Source of the DNA: the human T2T-CHM13v2.0 reference genome, Homo sapiens
Assembly: GCF_009914755.1 (NCBI RefSeq)
Contig: NC_060927.1
Length of the DNA: 64,000 nucleotides
Strand: one strand, 5' to 3'
Part shown: positions 57,702 to 64,000 of the stretch, piece by piece
Numbering within the stretch: the first letter of the stretch is position 1
Layout of the letters: every line of letters begins with the position of its first letter
Made by a program: the position numbers and the translations under genes
The notes under the pieces: model-generated
What the model saw: the letters and a program-made list of their open reading frames with translations, nothing else
Database searches by the model: none
Told to the model about the DNA's origin: nothing

Positions 57702-60073
57702 TGACAGTTATATATTGCTGCATTGAAAACTCTTTCTGACTTAGTGGGTTAAGATGAAAATTTATTGCTTATTACTTCTCATGCTTTGGTGGGCTGCCTG
57801 GGTGATTCCTGCAGGACTTCCATGGGTTCACTCTTGCAGCTGCAATCAGCAAAAGAGTCAGATGAAATGAAAAGTCCTGTATTTTTTATTCACGTGTGTG
57901 GCAGTTGGTTCTGGCTAGATGTCAGCTGGCATCACTTGGATCCTATGTATGTGGCCTTTTATCCTCAAATGATCTAGGTCACCATCCTTGCATGGTGGTC
58001 TCAGGTCAGTATTCCAAATGGATGTTGACAAAATCAGCAAGAGCCATAGAGGAACTGCGAGATTCTAGAACTCATGATGTCTTTTCTGTCACATGCTATT
58101 GGTAAAATGAATTCACAAGTTCGGCCAAACTCAAAGTGTGAATAAATAGATCCCATTTCTTCCAAGAAAGTATTTGAAAGAATTAATGGCCATATTTAAT
58201 CTATCGCAGTGTGCCCTTTAGCCAACACGTGAAAAATACTTAGTCAACCAAGATTCTTCCAAAAATGGCATTAAGCTCCAACCCTATATTATTACCATAT
58301 TTTCTCTGACCATGATACAGATCAATCCCTTTTGATCAGAATCTTCAGGCATGGCTCTTCTGGATCAGAAGCTTTTAAATTATAAAGGAAAGTTTTCCCC
58401 CACACATCCAACTTAGTTTGGGGAGACAGGAACACGTAGTCACAATAGACACTATCACTCAAAAGGAGGAAGAAGATACGCACATGGACGCCACTGATTA
58501 ATAAAAGATCTGATATCCAGCCAAAAACCTATTGTCAATTCCACAAACTCTCCTATCTGGCTATGGTTTCCAAATCCATTGTTAACCTGAGCTCTTGGTC
58601 CTGCCCTCAGGGTTCCCAGATCTATCCTTTGAGAGACATTTCCTTTTAGATAAGAAATGTACTATATTTGCAATCATGCAGCTTTGTTAGCTCCCTTCCT
58701 GCCTAAAGAAATTTGGAGCCCAGACCATCATTCTCAGCAAACTATCGCAGGGACAAAAAACCAAACACCGCATGTTCTCACTCATAGGTAGAAATTGAAC
58801 AATGAGAACACATGGACACAGGAAGGGGAACATCACACACCAGGGCCTATTTTGGGGTGGGGGGAGGTGGGAGGGATACCATTAGGAGATATACCTAATG
58901 TTAAATGACAAGTTAACGGGTGCAGCACACCAACATGGCATATGTATACATACGTAACAAACCTGCACGTTGTGCACATGTACCCTAAAACTTCTTCTGT
59001 CTCCATTAGGTTTGGTTGAGACTGGATTGATACAAAGCCATTAATGTTCCTGTAAGTCTTCTAAGGAGGACCTAGCACCCTACGTATTTCTGAGGTCTTA
59101 ACAAAGATCTGGATAGCCACAGTATAATATGATTTTGCTCTAATACCATGTATTTCTTTAAAAATCTGCTTCACGGAGAAACAGAAACTATGAAATAGCT
59201 TTATTTTCCAAGCCCAACACATCCTGGGCCTTCTGTATAACCTCTAAGTTCTGCTCACAAACAGAGTCTCTCCTTCTTTAGGTAATCTCTCTAGAGCTCT
59301 CTTGATCCAGATTCATAAGTTCTTTGGGTACTTTTTGCCACCTGCCATGTTATCAGAGACATCATTGCAAATTGCCAGTTGTTCTGCAACCACACAACTT
59401 TGTTTCTTCTTTCTCCAGTTTCTATCACTCTTTTTGCTTTTTGGTCACTTACAGGATTTTTTTCCCCCCAAGTCCAAGTGTTCCAAAATATCACATTTAC
59501 ACTCTTCTTATTGCCTTTCCAGCCACAGTCTGCTATATGGTATCAAAGTCAATGTCCCCTATATTTAGATTTAATGTCCTGCACCCTACTTCTAGGTATT
59601 AATTTCTGCATTAGTTATGTATTACTGTACAACAAACTACCTCAAATGTAAGAGCTTCACATTATCATAATTGATATATATGTGAGCTAGAATAATTTTT
59701 TTTTAAATCAGTTTTCCCTTGAACATCTCAGGCAGCAGCGTTCAGTGGAATGTGACTGTGTCGGAAGGTTAGTTGGGCAGAAGGCTTGACTGTCATGTAT
59801 GGGAATTGGTGCTGTGTTCACATAGGCTCTTATCTTCCATTGTGCTTATCCAGCTTTCTTCCACAGTGATCTGAAGATAGTGTTTCATGAGAACATAGGT
59901 GGAAATTGTAAGGCCTCCTGAAGCCTAAACTCCGAAACTAAAAAGAAATAACTTCTGTTACACACAGTTAAAACCAGTAACAAAGCCAGACCAGTTTTAA
60001 CAGATGATAACATAGGCTCTTCCGCTGAATAGAAGGAGATACAAAAAATCTGTGGCCATATGCAGTCTACACA
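57702..60073 (-). mobile_element. MLT1 (MLT1G/H-like) MaLR provirus: 3' LTR about 57702-58209, internal about 58210-59606, 5' LTR about 59607-60073
   Basis: Two related LTR-like blocks (TGACAGTTATATATTGCTG.. and TGCATTAGTTATGTTATTACTG.., both ending GGCCATAT...CA); on the minus strand the internal part begins GAAATTAATACCTAGAAGTAGGGTG, like MLT internal 5' ends. Confidence 0.7.
58724..58993 (+). mobile_element. L1PA4/5-like 3' fragment lacking poly(A) tail
   Basis: ACCATCATTCTCAGCAAACTATCGCA...GCACATGTACCCTAAAACTT, then non-L1 sequence. Confidence 0.92.
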
Positions 60074-60179
60074 GTATTGTGCTATAAACTATAGGTTTTT
60101 AAAATTAAATGCATAGTATTATTATCATTTATATATTGATTAATTATATTACCAAATGCATATTGAATTTTTTTATTGT

Positions 60180-61170
60180 TCAATGGCATAATAGATGAAG
60201 AAATGGAAAGAACAAACAGCTTATCTGGAATCAGATTTTATTTGGGGAGGGGACTGATGAAAATAAAAAATTAAGCAAATAGGATAAGTTGAAAAATTTT
60301 GGCAAAAACAATGCTGAGATGCTGTGAGTGAGAGTAAAATGGGACACCTGTTTTGGAGAAAAAATAATTCAGGCAAAGGTAAAAAAGGCTAATGCAACAG
60401 GGAAGGATAGAATGTAGTCAATAAGATCAAAGAACAGAAAGACTGGTGAATATGTATATCCAATTTATTAAAAGAGAACATGGGAATACATGGGGGGTTA
60501 CAATATTGATGGGGCCAATACATTAAATTTCTGTAAAACTTATTGAAAGTTTTTTGTTTGCTCATTTTATTATTAATCTCTTGAGAAGACATTGGCAAAT
60601 TTTAAGCAGAGGAGTTACATAGTTGATTAACGTTTTAAAACAATCATTCTTACTGCTATGTGGAAAATTGAGTTAACTTTGGAAGCAGAAATAACACATA
60701 AATATTTAACTCGCTTGTGTATTATGGGGAAAAATGATGACTCTCTGAACTAGGGTGTTAACTGACTTTTTTTAATAGGTAAAGCTGGTGTGATTTTCTA
60801 AAGAATTGAATACGGGAGGTGAGGTAAACTGAGGAATCATAGGTTTAAGGATAGACCGAGGGGATAAAATTCATGTGTTACTAGAATGGGAAAGATGATG
60901 TTAGAAACTGATTGGGACAAGGAAATCAATAACTTTATTTTGGCCATGTTAAGATTTTGAAGACTTCTCTCAAGTAAGGAAGTCAAGTGTAATGTTGGCA
61001 GTATGAAGTATGGATTTTATTGGAGAAAGCAGAGCTAGAAAAGTAAATTTATAGGTTATCAGTATGAAGTCAGAGTTTCAAGTCATGAAAGTAAATTAGA
61101 TTATTTGGAGCTCATACATAAGGACAAACAAACCAAAGACCAAGCCATGGGCATTCCAAATATAAAACCT
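60180..61170 (-). mobile_element. L2 LINE fragment, degenerate
   Basis: TTTTAAGCAGAGGAG..GTTTTAAAACAATCATTCTTACTGCTATGTGGAAAAT, TTTTGGCCATGTTAAG. Confidence 0.65.
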
Positions 61171-62022
61171 GAAAAAATGTCTATATAAAATATGCATGGC
61201 CATGAAATTGATTTATACCCAAAAAGACAAATATGAAATACAATCTAACACAGAACATTTTTTCATTCTTTATATATTAAATATTTATCCAATTGAGAAA
61301 AAATTAATTGCTTATATGTTTTCTCTTCAGTTCTCAGGATTAGTTATACCCACTTGACTGTACTTTTGTTTACTCTGTATCAATCAGTAGTAAACACAAT
61401 TTACATTCTTAGCCTAACATAGGTTTATTAAAAAAAAATTGGTTTCCATAACACAAAGCTTCTTCTTTTCTCCAGCAGGAATCTTCAAACTGTGTAAATA
61501 TTACATCTTACCTAGTAGAAGTTCCATCATATTTAGTGTTTCAAATATTTAACTGGACATTCATAGAGAGTTATTGCTAATTGAAAATGCTACTTGAAGC
61601 ATTTAATTTGAAGGACTACTGATTATTCTGATTAAAAAAAATCTATCTTTGTATACACATAAAAGCATATTATAAAATGTCTTACATTATCAACATTAAG
61701 ATATCCCTTATTTGAATGAAAGCACCTTCATGACCATAACATATTTATGTTAAGATTTATATTTCCACCTTATCTCAAGAAAATTATTTTCAAACAAATA
61801 TTTAAGCTTTGGTGATTTAATATTATTCCTAATAATTAAAGTTGTATTACAATAAACTACTCAAATATTAAGTAAAAGACAATGTAATAGTATCTCCAAT
61901 TTACAAAGACAACAAATAATTTAGTACAAAGAACTTTAAATAATGAGATTTCATTATCCTTTTGTAGAATCTATTATAAGAAATAACCAGGGGTAAAGGA
62001 AATAATTTATTTTAGTCTAGCA

Positions 62023-62225
62023 CAAGAGTTACAACGTATGAACTGCTGGACAAATTTAGCCCGCTGCCTGATTTTGTTTGACCTGAAAGCATAGAATGAT
62101 TTTTACATTTTCAAAGAGTAGTACAATTTTTTTTTAAATGACCGCTTGTCAGAAGTCTATGTGGCTCACAAAACCTTAAATATTTATTACATGGTCCTTT
62201 ACAGAAAAAATTTCTATGACTCCTG
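62023..62225 (+). mobile_element. MER58A-like hAT MITE
   Basis: CAAATTTAGCCCGCTGCCTG...AAATATTTATTACATGGTCCTTTACAGAAAAA..ACTCCTG; degenerate 8-bp TSD gtctagca/atctagta. Confidence 0.8.
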
Positions 62226-62231
62226 ATCTAG

Positions 62232-62347
62232 TATGTTGGTTCAAGGTCAAACACCTTACTAGATATATATACTCTTGGATGAGTTACTAAAAATTTTTTG
62301 TGTCCCAGGTTCATCATCTGTAAAATGGAGGCTTTAATAATTCCTAC
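62232..62347 (+). mobile_element. MIR SINE fragment, resuming after the LTR at about 62996
   Basis: TTCATCATCTGTAAAATGGAG core; continuation CACATAGG.TCATTATGA. Confidence 0.7.
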
Positions 62348-62991
62348 TGTTGCAGTCTCCCCAATCCACCTTAATGTAGCAGTTTCTCATTTTCTGAACT
62401 AATATCCGGGGTTCTTTTTCCTATGTCCAAGAAAACTAAGGAACGTGGACACAAAGGTGAGGTTGCAGTGCAAGTTTAATAAGCGAATGAAGAAAGCTGT
62501 CTGCAGTAAAGAGGGGAGTCCAAGTGGGATGCCAGGTTATAGCTGAATTCAAAAGCTTTTTATAAGAAACTCCTCTCATCTCTGTAGCAGTTTCAGTAAC
62601 TTCTCTTACCACTAAAGCTGTCTGTGGAACTCCCCTTATCTTATGCAGCTGTGAGTATGTCTCTAGGCAAGCATAAATTGCCACTTCTCTTGTTTATATA
62701 ACTGTATGTTTGTTTTAGGTAAGCCCCCTCCTCCTTGTGCCAGTTTCCGTGGAGCCCACTGTATATATGCCTGAAAAGGGGAGGAAACTTTTTCCTAGTA
62801 ATTTGCTATACAAAGAACAATGGGCTTCTGTGCTGGACCTTGTCTGCTTATCTGTGTGCAGGTGCAGCCTGAGTTTTTTTCCCAGGTTGTTTAATTTTTC
62901 CCAGGTTGTTTTAATTTTTGCTGTGACTTTTCAGGCAAGCTGCTTCTGCAGTCTGTTTTCCCCAAATGATTTTTCCTTTCTTTCTCTGTCG
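62348..62991 (-). mobile_element. ERV1-class solo LTR inserted in the MIR (subfamily uncertain)
   Basis: TG start; GGGGTTCTT..CC...CCAAGAAAA.TAAGGAACGTGGACACAAAGGTGAGG..AAGTTTAATAAGC; TSD CTAC/TTAC. Confidence 0.8.
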
Positions 62992-63382
62992 TTACCACAT
63001 AGGTTCATTATGATGACATCCAAATTTACATTTGCACATTTCTTCAAGTGTAGAAGAAATTGATAAATGTTGGCCCATATTGAATATTTGGTGGCAATAT
63101 AACCTATAAAGTAAGTCATTTGATCCTCATTGAAGCAATCTGATTTTACAAAAAGAGTAACTTTTTAGATATTAATGAGATTCTTTAAAAAACTAGGTAA
63201 ATATATTAATAAAATTAATAAAAAAATTAAGTTTATATATGTATCTGTGTGCATTGCTGTATTACTATATATTCACATTATATATATATGCTCATGCATA
63301 TATTCACAAATTATTATATATACATATACAATATATGCTCATATATTGTTATATAGATGCTCATTATATACACAGAACATTG

Positions 63383-64000
63383 TTTTATTTTTAATTTTGC
63401 AGGGACATAGATGTATATATTTATAATTTACATGAGATATCTTGATACAGTCATATGATATATAATAATTACGTCAGGATAAATGGGGCATCCATCACTT
63501 CAATAATTTATGCTTTCTTTGTGTTATAAACAACTCAATTATACTCGTTTAGTTGTTTTAAAATGTGCAATGAATTATAGTTGACTGTAGTCACTCTGTT
63601 GTGCTATCAAATACAAGATCTTAATCATTCTCATTTTTGAACCCATTAACTAATCTCCCTTAACTTCCCACCCTACTACCCTTCCCAGCCTCTGGTAACA
63701 ATTATTCTACTCTATATCTCCATAAGTACAATTGTTTTAATTTTTATTTCCTAGAAATAAGTGAGAACGTGCAAAGCCAGGCATGTCTTTCGGTGCCTGG
63801 CTTATTTCATGTAACATAATGACCTCCAGTTTCATCTATGTTGTTGCAAATGACAGGTCTTATTTCTTTTTATGACTCAACAGTACTTCACTGTGTATAT
63901 ATACCACATTTTCCTTATTCAAACATCTGTTGTTGCACATTAGGTTCCTTCCAAGCCTTGGACATTGTGAATGGTGCTGGAAAAAACATGAGAATGCAGG
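63383..64000 (-). mobile_element. L1MA-type LINE 3' end, continuing off the right edge
   Basis: T-rich tail, ATGGGGCATCCATCAC, CCCTTCCCAGCCTCTGGTAAC, ATAAGTGAGAAC, GTTGCAAATGACAGG. Confidence 0.9.

Overview
Primate, almost certainly human, genomic DNA. It is AT-rich, CpG-depleted and has no CpG island, consistent with a gene desert or the deep intron of a long gene. I cannot support any host protein-coding exon, tRNA, rRNA or snRNA. The ORF track is explained by Alu, L1, LTR or mariner remnants or by chance. Much of the window is transposon-derived: about 12 Alus/FLAM, L1s from ancient L1M to a human-specific L1HS, about 8 ERV1-class LTRs, several MaLR (MLT1/THE1) elements including one LTR-internal-LTR provirus, a full-length Hsmar1 mariner, and Tigger/MER2/MER8/MER58 DNA elements. 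The best observations are: (1) a young L1HS insertion at 15611-16097 with a perfect 15-bp TSD and an unusual twin-priming structure, in which an inverted RT-core fragment is joined to only about 50 nt of 3' end; (2) a MER41B-like LTR that keeps two intact tandem GAS/STAT motifs; (3) a complete Hsmar1 with both TIRs; (4) a tail-less, TSD-less L1PA fragment inside an MLT1 provirus; (5) a stack of nested ERV LTRs; (6) a 42-bp AT-rich palindrome. I found no new gene system. Repeat subfamily names come from recalled consensus sequences and need Dfam/RepeatMasker confirmation.
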